Assembly: GCA_013239625.1 (NCBI GenBank)
Contig: MU053493.1
Coordinates: 2,303,793 to 2,367,792 of the forward strand
Source of the DNA: Lama guanicoe
Taxonomy: Eukaryota
Reading direction: 5' to 3'
DNA length: 64,000 nucleotides
Shown here in pieces: positions 27,748 through 40,257 of the stretch. The first letter of the stretch is position 1. The number at the start of each line of letters is the position of its first letter. The position numbers and the translations under genes are program-made. The notes beneath the pieces are model-generated. The model was not told the DNA's origin. It saw only the letters and a program-made list of their open reading frames with translations, and ran no database searches.

Positions 27748-28225
27748 TGTGCCCGTGGCAGGTCCACCCCAGGCGGGGGCCCCCTTCCCTGGGTCCCAGC
27801 AGCTGCCGAAGCTCGCTTCACTCCGGGACCAGGAGGGACTGTTGGAGCCCAGACCCGTCGGGAGCTGCGTCCACACTTGGTGTCGCCTGGGGGTGAGTCA
27901 CTCCAGCTCGGGCAGGCTGGGAATCCTCTCCTCTCCATCTGGGCTCGTTCCCTTGCAGGAAGGGAGCCCCTCTGGGCCCGTTGCCTTTCCAGAGCTTGGC
28001 TGATCTGTTTGGAGGTCTCTGTCCGGGAGTGGAAGTGAAATGGTTAGGCGACACCGCCTCCGATTGTCTGTGCGACCGTAGCTTACGTGCTGTTTGTGTT
28101 TCTGTGTGTATCATTTTGGGGTGAGCCACTCCGGCTTGCACAGGATGGAAAATTCTACCCCCTCCACCTGGGCTCACTGGGAGCCAGGCTACTCTGAAGC
28201 CTTCGTCTGGGAGTGGAAGTGGAAT

Positions 28226-28373
28226 TTTTTTTATTTTTATTTTGTTTTAAATTTTGTTGGGGGGAAGTAATTAGATTTATCTATTTTATTTTTTAATGGG
28301 GGGACTGGGGATTGAACCCAGGACGTGGTGCATGCTGAGCACGCACTCTACCACTGAGCTATGCCCTCCCCCC
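28226..28373 (-). mobile_element. Vic-1-type SINE nested in the ERV leader
   Basis: 12-bp TSD tggaagtggaat (28214-28225, 28378-28389). Confidence 0.92.
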
Positions 28374-28760
28374 TGCATGGAAGTGGAATCTGGGGGCTAC
28401 GTGTCATCTGGTCTTTTGTTTGGGGGACCATGTTTGCTGTTTGTTTGTCTGTGGGTGTCAGTACTTGCACTGGCCAGCGAGTATCAGGGCTTGAATGTGG
28501 CGACACCAGGTATCCCTCCCTACTGCGTTGGCTCCACCTGGGGGCAGAGCCTCGGTTGGGGTTGTCCCTTTCAGGACTGGCCTTGGTCATCCGTCCAGCT
28601 TCACTTCTGATGGGGCATTGGCTGGGGTGCTCCCGTTTGCACCGATGGTTTGTTGTTTGGGAATCTCCCTTTTGGGGCTAGGGAGCTGCGCCCCTGAGAG
28701 ACCGTTTTGCATTGCATTTGTTTGCTTGATATTTGATAACACTGACCATGAATAATTATT

Positions 28761-28895
28761 ATGGGAATTCAGAGCTCTGTTCCATCTTACATTTCCCCTA
28801 GGGTATGTTTTGCAAAACTGGGAGATCTTCAGTTATGCTCCCATAAGTGAAAGAAAATGATATTTTTAAAAATTGCAATACTGCGTGGGCCCTTA
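28761..28895 (+). pseudogene. Frameshifted gag matrix remnant (MGIQSSVPS..PLGYVLQNWEIFSYAP..CNTAW)
   Basis: Resembles the ERV1 matrix motif PLGCILxNW...IFFCNxAWP; contains frameshifts and a stop. Confidence 0.7.
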
Positions 28896-29950
28896 GATCT
28901 GGAAAACAGCAGCCCTAATGTCTCTGCTATTATATAAAAATGAGCCTTTTGCAATTTAGCTTTTATCTGGAGAGAGAGGGAGAGAAAGTGTGTGTGTGTG
29001 TGTCGGTACTTGAGTCTGAATCCTTTTCTCTCTTCCTGGTTTGCTGAAAGTGAGGCGTTTGAACATAAGTGAATGATAAATATATTATTGTTTAGTGGGT
29101 ATTTGGGAACTGAAAAAAAAAAAATCCCTAAAAATCACCAAGATATTTGAGTTTTGTAAAACCAGTTGAAGAAGGAATTTGCATTCTTATTCCTTTGCCT
29201 TTGAGATGTAGATGATCTATCTGAGCTCTCAAGGGGAAAAAAAAAAAAAGACGTTTAAAAAATTTTTTAATTCAAGTGGGAAAACTGAGATCTCTGGTTC
29301 TGGTCTATCTTTATGTAAAAAATTAACCTATAAATGAGTTCTTTGACTTAAAAGTGCTTACAAACTAAATACTTCTAAGTATAAAAGAAGCTAGACAGAA
29401 CAGATTTCTGGTTCTTGTGATCTGGGAAATAGTCAATATTGACTTGATATCTGATATTAAAGGTAGTTTAAGGTTGTTGGTATCATCGATACAGACATGT
29501 CTCACTGCACCTAGAGTTACTGAAAGTCAGTAAGTTCACGTTGTTTCTGTTGCAGAGTTTGTCAGGAGAAAGGAGAAAATTAACTTGGTATGATGGAATT
29601 CTTATAAGTGAATTAAATGCAAATGAGATAAGAGCTTTTGGGTGAACTCTTTAGAAATAATTATGTCTTGGGGATGTCTGCTTAAAAGAGCTCTCCAGGT
29701 ATTTGGTAACTTGAAATTTTAGAGTTGTGCTAAATTAAGTTAAATGATGGAAGTTTATTGAATAGTTGAATAACTGGGTCATTCCCAAATAAAATGAGAT
29801 ACTGAAATATTGACTAGAGATTAAGACTTTTAAGAATTGAGGATTCTAATGTGGATATGTAATTAAAGCTACTAAAAATAATAAAGGAATGTTTTGGTAT
29901 ACAGTGGGAAAGTAGGATATATACATTTTGAGTAAAATAAAGTTATGAGG

Positions 29951-30495
29951 CACTATCATAATAGCCAGGATCTGGAAATAACCTAAATGTCCATCTGGAT
30001 ACAGAAGTAGTGGTATATTTACACAATGAAATACTATTCGGCCATAAAAAAGAATAAAATAATGCAGTTTGCAGCAACGTGGATGAACTTGGAGTAAGTG
30101 AATTAAGCCAGAAAGAGAAAGAAAAATACCATATGCTATCATTCATTTGTGGAATCTAGAGAAAAAGACCCAAATGAACCTATTTCCAAAAACAGAAACA
30201 GACTCACAGACCTAGAAAATAAACTTACAGTTACCAGGGGGAAGGGGGGTGGAGGGATAAATTGGGAGTTCCAGATTTGCAGCTACTAACTAATATATAT
30301 AAAATAGATAAACAACAAGTTTATACTGTATAGCACAGGGAACTATATTCAATATCTGATAGTAACTTATGGTGAAAGAGAATATGAAAAGGAATATACG
30401 TGTGCATATGTATGACTGAAGCATTATGCTGTACACCAGAAATTGACAAAACATTGTAAACTGACTATACTTTAAATAAAATAAATGAAACAAAA
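29951..30495 (+). mobile_element. 5'-truncated L1 3' end nested in the ERV
   Basis: L1 ORF2-end and 3'UTR motifs, A-rich tail, TSD aaag[t/a]tatgagg. Confidence 0.9.
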
Positions 30496-31292
30496 AAGAT
30501 ATGAGGAATGGAAATGCATTTTGTTTAGGGAAAAATAAAATGATTTAGTCCTAGAACTGGTTGTTTCTAGATGGGAAAAAAATTAGGGACAAACTAATAT
30601 GGATACAGAAAGTTGTGGAAAGCTTGCAGAAAGAAAGCCCTAAAAAGGTTGCACTCCATGCATGAGATTAAACTTAATGAGGTAAGTGAATTTTGTTATT
30701 ACCAGCAGGCTGTTGCAGGACTAGATCTGGGTCCTCTCTAAGAGAACAAGTTAGAGTGCTTCTGATAACAGACTGTGTGAAACTTTTTGATGTTTTTGAC
30801 AAACGTCCTATCAAATTCTAATAAAAGCTCTTTTGACTTCAGCTGACTTTGGGATGCTTCAGAGGGCCCTGAGACGTCTCAGAGGGAAATCGTGAACTAA
30901 CCAGGGTTGGCTGGTGCGTTGAATCGCACAGGAAGCATTGTCGAATGAGTGATAAACTTCCTCGGATTGTAGATAGCTGTTGTTGATGTGGACGTTCTAG
31001 AAATTCTGTGAGTTTCTTAAATGTGGACGTGTCCAGATGTAATGCTGTCCATCAGGAGTCTGGTTGTTGTCTTGGACTGTTGTGTGTCACAGCAACTTAA
31101 TTAGCTTCTTTGTCAAAAACATTGTGATCGGATCTTTTGCCCTGCCTTTTTAAGTCTTTTGTCATTCATGGTTAAGCTGATGCTTTGAGGGTTGCTGTGT
31201 CTTCAAGAGGACTCAAAAAAGGGACTTCTGACAAGTACAGGTTTCTTTTTAAATCATATTGATAAGCTACATTGGATATTTAAAAAGTCTAA

Positions 31293-31439
31293 AGAGGAGG
31301 TGTAGATATAGCTCAGTGGTAGAGCACGTGCTTAGCATGCATGAGGTGCTAGGTTCAATCCCCAGTACCTCTATTTAAAAAATGAGTAAAAAATAACTAA
31401 AGAAACCTAATTACTTCCCCCCCTCAAAACAAATAAACA
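31293..31439 (+). mobile_element. Vic-1-type SINE nested in the ERV internal region
   Basis: 11-bp TSD aaaaagtctaa (31282-31292, 31440-31450). Confidence 0.92.
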
Positions 31440-32129
31440 AAAAAGTCTAATGAAAACTCTGATCTCTTCAAACTGTTTGTAAAAAGGATTGACTACATAG
31501 GATTGAGTGAACGGATAAACGGGGTTATAACTTTTTGATTTTGTCTGAAATATTACTGGCTTTTTATCTATGTTTTTGAATTGAATTTCCCCATTAACAT
31601 ACCTCTGAGCCTGTTCACGGTGTCTGATTAGTCTCCCCCAACATGGATAACCGGGCAAATATAAAGGAGGCCTGGCACGGAGGGACATGATCTGAACCTG
31701 GGACAGGAATCATCACCCCAGCATCGAGGAATGGGTACTTTGATCATCATTGCTTTCTATTGAAAGCTTTGTAATCAAAAGGGGAAATGATGGGGAAATC
31801 TGCACATACTGAGGTATGAGGAAGTCCTTCTGGCTTATGCATGGTTTGATTTAACTTTTCTGACCAAAGCAGGCTGTTTAATGGCCTGTTGGACATGCAT
31901 TATAAAACTGCTTTGGCCTTGAGGCAGGGAATGCACTTGAAAGTCTAAACGGAGTAGCTGTGGTTCAGACAGCCCAGGTAAGACTAGGTGGCCACTGTGG
32001 GCATGACTTCAGAGAAACCCTGTGTCACTGAGAACTAGAATTTTCTGAGCTGTGTCATACCCAGGACACCACCAACCACTGCCAAAGCAGTGTCTGCTGG
32101 CAGATGGCAGCTGCAACCTTATGGCCTCA

Positions 32130-32350
32130 AGGTCTTCTCTTATAACGATTACATTTTTAGACAATAAGTTTGCTTTAGCTCAGATGTTAGCAGAAAAAAA
32201 AGGAGACACATGGAGTGGCCAAGAGCTTCTGTTATATAGAGGTTAATATCACATCAAAAGTCAAAACCTACTCAGATAAAAGTAGACAACTGGCTACCTG
32301 GCTACAAGTCTCCCCCAAAGTACCGGGTCCAGACTGGTTTTTCAGGCTTA
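32130..32350 (+). pseudogene. Frameshifted env TM remnant (FLDNKFALAQMLAEK.G / VAKSFCYIEVNITSKV...RQLATWLQV..PDWF)
   Basis: Decayed match to the immunosuppressive domain plus CX6CC region (VLDNRIALDYLLAEQGGVCAVANTSCCTYINTSG), split across ORFs 32052 and 32215. Confidence 0.7.
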
Positions 32351-32649
32351 TTCTCCTGAATTCCTCAGGGGATGAGGTCTTTATCATACAAGACTCAGAT
32401 CCAAGACTCGGAACCCGGAAATATTTCCACCTTGGTATCCATTCCTCGGATTGACGCAGGAGCACGCCCTGTTTCAGCAGGAATTAGCCAGGGTGGTCTT
32501 TGCCCTGCTCCCTGAAAGTTTTGGGGAGGGATGAAGCAGGGCTGGAGATGGAAACCGAGCTCCTCTGCTGAGTTGTTGATGAACCTCTCTGTCCAAGATG
32601 TTATCCCCCTTCTGTCCAACACCTGTTCTCTCAAGACTGAGGGCATAAC

Positions 32650-33086
32650 TGTAACTGAGCAGGACCCTGTGGAGCCTCCCTAGGACAGACCCCTCCTCCG
32701 TATCCTCTGCTGTAGCTCCTCTCTGAACCCAAATAATCGTATCTCATGCAGATGTCCTGAGTCTGTCAGATCCTAAAACCACCGCCCAGTGGAAGAAATT
32801 AACTACTTGATGATCATGAGCACGTGGCCCCCAGATCTTCCAGTATCTAAGGACTGGTCACCATCAACCTATCGGAATTGGGGTAATCACAGACCCTGGG
32901 TGCCCTTCCCTCATCTGGCTTTTAAAAACACTCGGCTGAAACCCTTCAGGGCAATGGGTGCTTTTTGTGCATGAGCCGTGCGTCCTTGCTCCACCCACCA
33001 ATAAGCCTTTCTCTGCTCCAGACTCTGGCTTTTCAGTTTGTTTGGCCTCACGGTGCATGGGGCACCTGAACTTGCGTTGGGTAACA
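32650..33086 (+). repeat. 3' LTR (437 bp)
   Basis: TG...CA termini; preceded by purine-rich aagactgagggcataac. Confidence 0.93.
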
Positions 33087-34087
33087 AATGGAGAAAAGTA
33101 GCATAGCAGTTGTTGAATCAAGAGAGGGTACAGGTCATGCCGCTATGTTGACTTTTCTGTGTGCCTGCGAAATGGGTGCATAAACCAGAGTCCATGTCCT
33201 GCGGACCAGACAGGTGAGGCCTGTGCGCCCAGGTGGGACTTGGTGAGCAGACGGGGAAGGTGAGGACCGGTGAAGGGCTTCAGGCCAGGCTTGCAAAGTA
33301 GGAGGAGCCTCAGGACCTAGTTAAGCACGGGCACCCTTGCTGAGGCTGAGGGGCCTTGCACGACGTTCCTGCAAACACCACGGAGGAGCTGGAGCTGTGC
33401 AGGGTGTGATTTAGGGCCTCGGCTGCGCTCTGACCATCCGGACCCTCCTGCGACCCCATGGGTCCTAACTGGTGCCCCTTGGGTGTCCAGCTGCCCGGAC
33501 ATACACCCTGGTGGCCGGTCCCTCTGCGGTGGGGGGAGCCGCTGATGCCCATCTGCTAATTTCCCCGGATGATCATTTCGACATGGCCAAGGGTCACCAG
33601 GAAAGAAGAGCTGACATGCCAACCTGCCCTTGAACTGGGTTCCGCTGGCCTCATTGGATCTGGTGGGAGTGTACTGGAAGGGGTTTTGATGGGACGGTGG
33701 CCTGTTGTGGGCAGGGCCCTGGCCAGGCCCTCAGTGATGCATCCCCTAGGGTGGGGCTGGCAGGAGACCACGGCATGGGGACATCAGGGAAGCGTCAGGA
33801 TGGACACTCTGGCAGGAGCAGCCCGGCCCACCGCTGTGTCCTTGGGAACGGGCAGAGCAGGGAGGACAGTGCGGGAGGCGTTTCCTGCAGGGCGCCCGGA
33901 ATGTGGCCCATTGGGGGGCCAGGGTCACTGAGAGCAGAGAGGAGGAGGGTGTCTGGCTGAGGGCCAGGACCAAGAGGGGGACTCCCGGCCACTGAGAAGG
34001 AGGCATCCTCTACCTCCACGTAGCCCCTCACAAACTGGTAATCCCTGGGTACTTTCTTTGAAGATTTAAAAAAAAAAAAAGGAATGA

Positions 34088-34216
34088 GGGGTAGGGTATA
34101 GCTCAGTGGCAGAGTGTGCTCAGCATACAGGAGGTCCTGGATTCAATCCCTAGTGCCTCCATTAAAACAATAAACAAACCTAATTACCTGCCCCTCAAAT
34201 TAAAAAAAAAAAAAAC
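34088..34216 (+). mobile_element. Vic-1-type SINE
   Basis: tRNA-Ala-like head, acctaattacct tail motif, poly-A. Confidence 0.88.
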
Positions 34217-36259
34217 TTGAAAGAAACCTCAGGGAAAGAAAACTTAAAAAAACCCAAAACCTAGTCAAAGAACTGGAACTTTCCACAACAATCCCCCACC
34301 CCCACTTAGTGATGCTAGCATGGTCCTGGGGATCGGAGCGGTCTCTCCTGCCCTCAGACATAAGCAATTTGACAGTGTCCTCCAAATTCCAATCAAGAGA
34401 ACTTAGAAGAAACTGGTGCGTCAGTAAGTAGGGCGCACTTGGAAAAAGGCAGCTAAGTGCAACCTGCAGGCAGTGGTCAGTTTCTGGCAGTTTTTAAGAT
34501 CATGGCCACATCCCCTCCTCAACCCCGGGCTGCAGCTTTGCTCCTCTCAGCCCCTGACCCTGCAGGTCCCGAGCTTGAACTTTGGTCTCGCCTCTTCCAA
34601 GAGGCAGTCAGAAAACCAGAGGGCACTGCCTGCCTGTTCCCAGGGCTCGGGGCCAGCCTGTGAGGGAGGAGCCTGGTGGGTCCGGCGCTGTGGGTTCTGG
34701 TCTGCTCTCAGTGCCACCCGTGTCCCCAGGGGGTCTGCACACGTGCAGGGGGAAAGGCCCAGCATGCTCTTGATGGCTGCAAGGCAGGGCAGACGGCACC
34801 CCAGCAAGGAAATGGTTCCCCTGAATAAAAAGGCAACCAGCACGAGGGGCGGCAGACACTTAGCAGCCCCTCCCGTGGCAGGTCCTGTTCCAAAACTTTG
34901 CCGAGACAACTCACCCGCACTAGACCCGCTCTGCAGGTGGGGAGACAGGCAGGGAGGAAGGATGGCCCGAGAGTGCGCAAAAGGAGGTGGTGGGGTTGGA
35001 GCTCAGGTGTGGCCCCTGGGCCACCTGCGCTGCTTCCTCCCAGGCACCTGCAGGGACATCCGATCTCTGCAGTGGACACAGCCCCGTCCTGAGACATGCC
35101 TGTGGGACACTGCCTGGTGCTGAGTGAACCCAAGGCCCCTGTGAGGACCAGGGAGTGGGCTCTGCGTGCCAGCCCCGCTGTGCCCGAGGGGAGGGAGTGT
35201 GGCTGGCAGAGCCCCCTCGTCACATGCACCTCGGGTCGGGGGGGACGTGGGGAGGCAAGGGTGCTCGTGGGCTCCAGGCCCCTCTTTCACAGACGGTGCT
35301 TCTGTCCTCGCATCCACTAGGGCACTTGATGGCTGGTTCGCCCGCTTCTCCCTGATGGCACTTGGCTAACTTGAGGCTGGTGAAAGCCTGGACCTACCGT
35401 CACCTACAGCAAGGGCCAGAGGGGACAGTGCCCCAGGGGTGGTCCAAGTCCCTCAGGGCTCACGGCCCCAGCCTGTGGCCACAGAGACAGACTCTTGGCA
35501 GATGGCCCGTGCCTCCTGGGCTTCTGCTCAGCACGACATTCAGCTCCTTCCGGTGGGGGTGGGGCAGGGTGGCACCCCAGCTGTGGCAGCTGCCCACCCG
35601 GGCATCCCTGGGGCTTGCTCTGGGGCCAGGACATCCTGGCTCAAGTCTTGTCCTGCCTCACTCTCCCCAAGGCACCCTGCTCAGCTGTGGACCCACGTGT
35701 ACCAGCCCCTCCTGCTTCTGGAGCCCCAGTCCTCACGGGCATCCTGGGAAGAGCACCAGCCTTGGTGCTGAGGACCCCGGGCCCGGCCCCCGCTCTGCCG
35801 AGCTCCACGTGTGTGACAGCCATTGCGAGACTCTGTGCCTCGGTTTCTCACTTGAAACAGAACCTGACACTGGGTTGGAGTCTCAAGCTGGCCTCCCATG
35901 GGCTGAACCCAGCAGGATCCTGCATTTTTGAAGGAAGTGAGAGGCAGGTGCTTGCCCGGGGCACTCAGCCCTGCCACGCCCGGGGCTTTGCCGCCAAGTG
36001 GGGCTGCCTGGGTTTGAAGCAGGAACAGTGGCGCTGTTGGGAAAGGCCATAGTTGTGGCTAGCCTGAGGTTGCCACCCTCTGTGAAGACAGTGATCGCTG
36101 GAGACCCCCAGCCCCCAGTCTCAGTGACTGAGAGAACAAGTGGACAGAAAACAGTCAGGGATACAGAGAGCAGAACATGGCTGACCTGGCCTCTGCGGGG
36201 CACCTGCCCCACTATGGAGCACCTGGGATGTTCAGAAGCACGTGGAGCCACTCGCCGGA

Positions 36260-36780
36260 GAGAAATCGTGCGAGGCCACCAAACAAGACTCACACAAGTT
36301 TCAGAAGATTCAAATCACACTAAGTATGTTCTCTGATCACAATGGGATGAAGGTAGAAATCTGTAAGAGAAAGTGATTTGGGAAAACCCCTTGTATTTAG
36401 AGTTTAAAGATGACATTTCTGAATAACTCACAGGTTGGGAAATCACAAGGAAAATTGAAAAGTATTTTGAAGTGAATGAAAACAAAACCCAACAGATCAA
36501 AACGTAAGGCAGGCAGTTCAATCAGTGTCTAAAGAGAATTTATAGCTTTAAAATGCCTGTATTCAAAATGACCTCAAATTAATGAATTTCCATTTCCGAA
36601 AGCTAGCAAAACAAACCAAACCCAAGTAAGCAGGAGGAAGGAAATGATAAAACTGGAGCAGAAGTCCACTCAGCGAGAAACAGAAAAGCTGAAAGAATCA
36701 GTGAAACCGAAGTCGGTTCTTTTGAAGGTTTTCTGAGGCTGACAAGTGCGCGGGGCTGTCTATCAGGCAGAATACGTGCT
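36260..36780 (+). mobile_element. Old L1 ORF2 (post-endonuclease) fragment
   Basis: tctgatcacaatggga..., aaatgaaaacaaaac..., agagaatttatagctttaaa motifs. Confidence 0.75.
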
Positions 36781-37363
36781 GTCTGCAACCTGTGTTCAAA
36801 TGACTCAGGAACAAGCGTTGTTATGGGCTGAACCCCCAGTGTGGCTGTATGTGGACGTGGGCTTCCCTGGACGTTAAGACTGACTGAGCACGAAGGATGG
36901 GGCCCTGATCCAGCAATAATTTGCATTATTCTTGCAAATAGTGCATCACTCCTGCAGCTTTTTGTGTGAAAATGTTCAACAGAAACCCCTAACCACTAAG
37001 GCACTGTGCTCCGATGGTTCTCTGAGAAGGGCCCTGGGTTCAGTGACAGCCCCTCGCCCCCCGTGCTGCTCCTCCTTGGGGAGCCGCCCAAGATGTGCAG
37101 ATCCGCCGTCCACCCTCTCCTGGTACCTGCCCTGGGTCTCCTGGGTATCTCTCCCCAAGGAGAACCACAAACATGTTCTAGGAGCACCCGTATCTGTAAT
37201 GCTTCCTCGGAAAACTCACAGTGCATGCTCCAGCACGACCGTGGCATGTTAACAGTTGTTAAAATTGGGGTGCAGGTCCCTGGAGCTTGACAGGACACTG
37301 CAGCTACTCGCACTTGAATGTTCAGAAAGGCAGGCAGGCAGCCCGTCCTCTCGTGACAGCAGC

Positions 37364-37397
37364 AGGGGAGGCGGCATGGGAGGGGAGGCGGCATGGG
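37364..37397. repeat. 17-bp tandem duplication (aggggaggcggcatggg)x2
   Basis: Read directly from the sequence. Confidence 0.9.
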
Positions 37398-39009
37398 AGG
37401 GAGGGCAGCCCCAGCTGCAAGGTCCCGGCCTCTGGGGGGAGGCCTCCATCCTCCTCCAGGGATCTGTCAGGATGGGCCCACTCAGGCCCTGGGGTGGTTG
37501 CAGGACACTGTTGTGTCTAGTCTAGTAAATAAGTCCGTCAAGAAAGTCAATTCTGCTTTCCATTGGTAGGTTTTAAGAAGTTTCTAAAACCTGACAGCCC
37601 TCCACCCCCAACTCCGACTTCTGCTGGGGGGACGGCGGGTGGGGACCACGACTGGGCTCCTCAGTCCCAAGCTGTCTTCACCTGCCGTCCCCACACCTCG
37701 CAGCTGTCCTGCATTGAAGAGGCTTATTCTCAGAGATGCTCTGGGAACCCCCACGTCCTGAATGTCGCCACTAAGAAGCTCCAACACGGAGGTCCACTGA
37801 AGGACCCAGCCCTCCCACCTGCTGGCGCCTGGCGGCTACGCGGCACTGAGGGACTGTGCGATACTGCACTTTTCTCCCCGGCATCAGGTGTTACTGGCAT
37901 GTTGCTCACACGTCTGTCTTCACGCTCCTTCCCTCTCAGGTTTTAAGAGAGCTTTTTAGAAAAAGATTTATGTCTGTATGTTTTCAGACCCACTTAAGAC
38001 TAGGAGGACATCTATGCACAAAGAGTATTCTCAGTACCTCCAAAAAACAAAACCCCAAACTTTTAACCTGTGACATCCAGCCTAGCACGAATACCCCAGC
38101 ACCCAAACCCTTACCCCTCCTCCCCTGCACGACCTCCCCGCGGGTGGTCTGCAGCCCAGCAGCACACACCAAGCGAGAGCCAGGCTGGGCACCCCTCCAG
38201 TGGGCGAAAGGCTCGGTGCTTCCCTGTGTTCACAGGTCTGTGGGCTCTGAGTCAGCTGGAAACACAACTCAGTCATGATCTGAGGGAGACGTGGACACAA
38301 AGGCTCGTCACGCCCTAGCCTGGCATCTCAAAGGCCAGTCATCAAGCCACAGTTTTCTGCAAACTAGGACTGGAACGCCAAGTTTCATCCATTTAGTCTG
38401 GAGTTAGAAATCCTCCGGGTTTAATACACATCCTTGTGAATCCTGGAAATGCTGGATTTTCCACACCTTGGGTGATAGTGGCTTCACCGCCAAGTGGCTA
38501 GGGAGGCGAGCCCCGTGAGAGGGAAAGGAATTGAGCTACAAATGCCACTAGTGAGCTCGCTTCCACTATAATCCAGCTTGCTGAGATCACAACGTGGCTG
38601 TCAGTCTGCCCCGGGAGGAGGGGAGACCTGGGGAGGGAGCTGAGAGCAGGGGGCCCTCCCTTCTGCGCAGCCGCCCGGCAGCCCCAGTGACTCCACTTGG
38701 GCACCTGTAAGCAGTCGTCTGGTCTGCGTTTCTGTGGAGAACAGACGCTGGCTCCCTACCCAGAGGTCTCCACATCGCCAGTCAAGGCCAACAGCAAAAA
38801 CACTGTCCCGGTCTGTCTGCACCTGCTGCCCCATCCCTGGCTGGTGGACCACATCCCCATCTAGACCGAAGCCACCGTGAATCCATCTGCATCTCCCTTC
38901 TGGGGTCACCTCCATCTGTGAGGTGCCCAGTGTGTCTTGTTGAAGGTCTTATGGATGTGGCGCTGTGTTGACAGTAAGACAGTAAGACACTGAGTCTCTC
39001 AATGAAACG

Positions 39010-39830
39010 CAACGCGCATCTCATACTGTATATAAAGTTAACTAAAAGTGGATCACAGACGTAAGTGTAACATCTAAAACTAGAGAACTTCTGAAACAAA
39101 TATTTGGTTAAGCAAAGATTTCTTAGATATGACACTAAAAGCACAATCTACAGAAAAACTGACAGACTGGACTTGATCAGAATCAGTAACTCAGGCTCCT
39201 TGAAGATGATGAAGAAAATGAACAAGGAAAACACCTGCCCATCACCTGACGGTGAATCTGCAGGCAGGCTGCACGGAGAAGTCTCAGTTTTAAGAAGGCA
39301 ACCCAACTTAAGAAACTGAGAAAAGATCTGAATAGAGACCTCACCACAGGTGCTAGATAAATGGATGGCAAGTCAACGCCAGGATGCTCAACGTCACGAG
39401 TCATCAGCGAGCTGAGATGGAAGCGGACGAGCCTGCGGGACCGGCTACGACAGACACACTCAGGACAGCGCTGCTGAGGACGTGCGGCCGCTGCGGAGAG
39501 CAGCCTGGAGCGTCTCGTCCAGTCCGACGAGCCAGCCGGCCCGCTCCTAGCTGTTCAGTCAGGTGAGATGAAAACTTACGTTCCCACAAAAACTTATACA
39601 CGAATAATCTCCCCAAACTGGAAACCCCAAATCTCAACTAAAGAGCGGATTCAAATAAGAGAAAGTACAGGGCAGAGCCCAGACGGCTGGAGCAGAGGGC
39701 ACACAGTGGGGGACGGGGGGACTTCTCCATACTCACCGCGGTGCTGGTTGTCGGGCTGCAGGTGTCCGTCAAACTGTGGAGAACCATGCGCTAAAACGGC
39801 TCCTTCTGCTTGCTGTGCGTTACACCTTAC
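39010..39830 (+). mobile_element. Old L1M 3' fragment, unusually GC/CpG-enriched
   Basis: L1 motifs gatttcttagatatgacac, aaagatctgaatagaga, cccacaaaaacttataca, ccccaaactggaaa. Confidence 0.75.
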
Positions 39831-40236
39831 CCTACATGGGTGTTCGCCGGGCAGCAAGAACCTCAGTGTCCTTGGGTGGTAGTTAAACAAACACGGTAAT
39901 CGCGATGGAATGGTTACAGCCAGTAAGAATCCTTTCTTCCCCAAAATGGAGTGACAGAAAATGCCCATGTTATGTTTATTGGGAAAACTGGAAGGGAAGA
40001 GACAAAACCGTACAAACTGGCCCAAAGGAGCACAGATACATGGGGAGGACTGCCCGATGGTCTCTGTCTGCCAGCCAGCGCCCTCCTGCTCCCCGCCTTG
40101 GGACACAAGACACCTCCCCCCCCCCACCCCCCGCCTCCAGGAGACCAGGTGAGGAGGATCAGGGTGCAGGATTTCCAGACAGGATGAAGAAGTGGCATGA
40201 AACTAGGAATGGTGGGCAAACAGACCAAACCAGCAC

Positions 40237-40257
40237 TTTATTTTAAAAAGTTTTATT
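40237..40257 (-). terminator. Distal poly(A) signals: AATAAA at 40252-40257 and 40237-40242
   Basis: Two tttatt on the plus strand, followed on the minus strand by GT-rich gtgctggtttggtctgtttg. Confidence 0.8.

Larger units (their letters stand above)
27279..33086 (+). mobile_element. Two-LTR non-autonomous ERV1 (gammaretrovirus-like, MER4-group-like) provirus with no recognisable pol
   Basis: LTRs 27279-27721 and 32650-33086 (T[A/G]TAACTGAGCAGGA...GGTAACA); 4-bp TSD AATG at 27275-27278 and 33087-33090; PBS, gag and env remnants. Confidence 0.93.

Noticed and set aside
326..30493. Recurring similar short ORFs (YSQFTMLCQFLVYSIM...ILNIVPCA) as a peptide gene family
   Set aside because: Antisense translations of dispersed L1 3'UTR copies
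33300..38300. Dense overlapping ORFs of 60-216 aa on both strands
   Set aside because: Expected in GC-rich, stop-poor DNA; no recognisable domain or consistent exon chain
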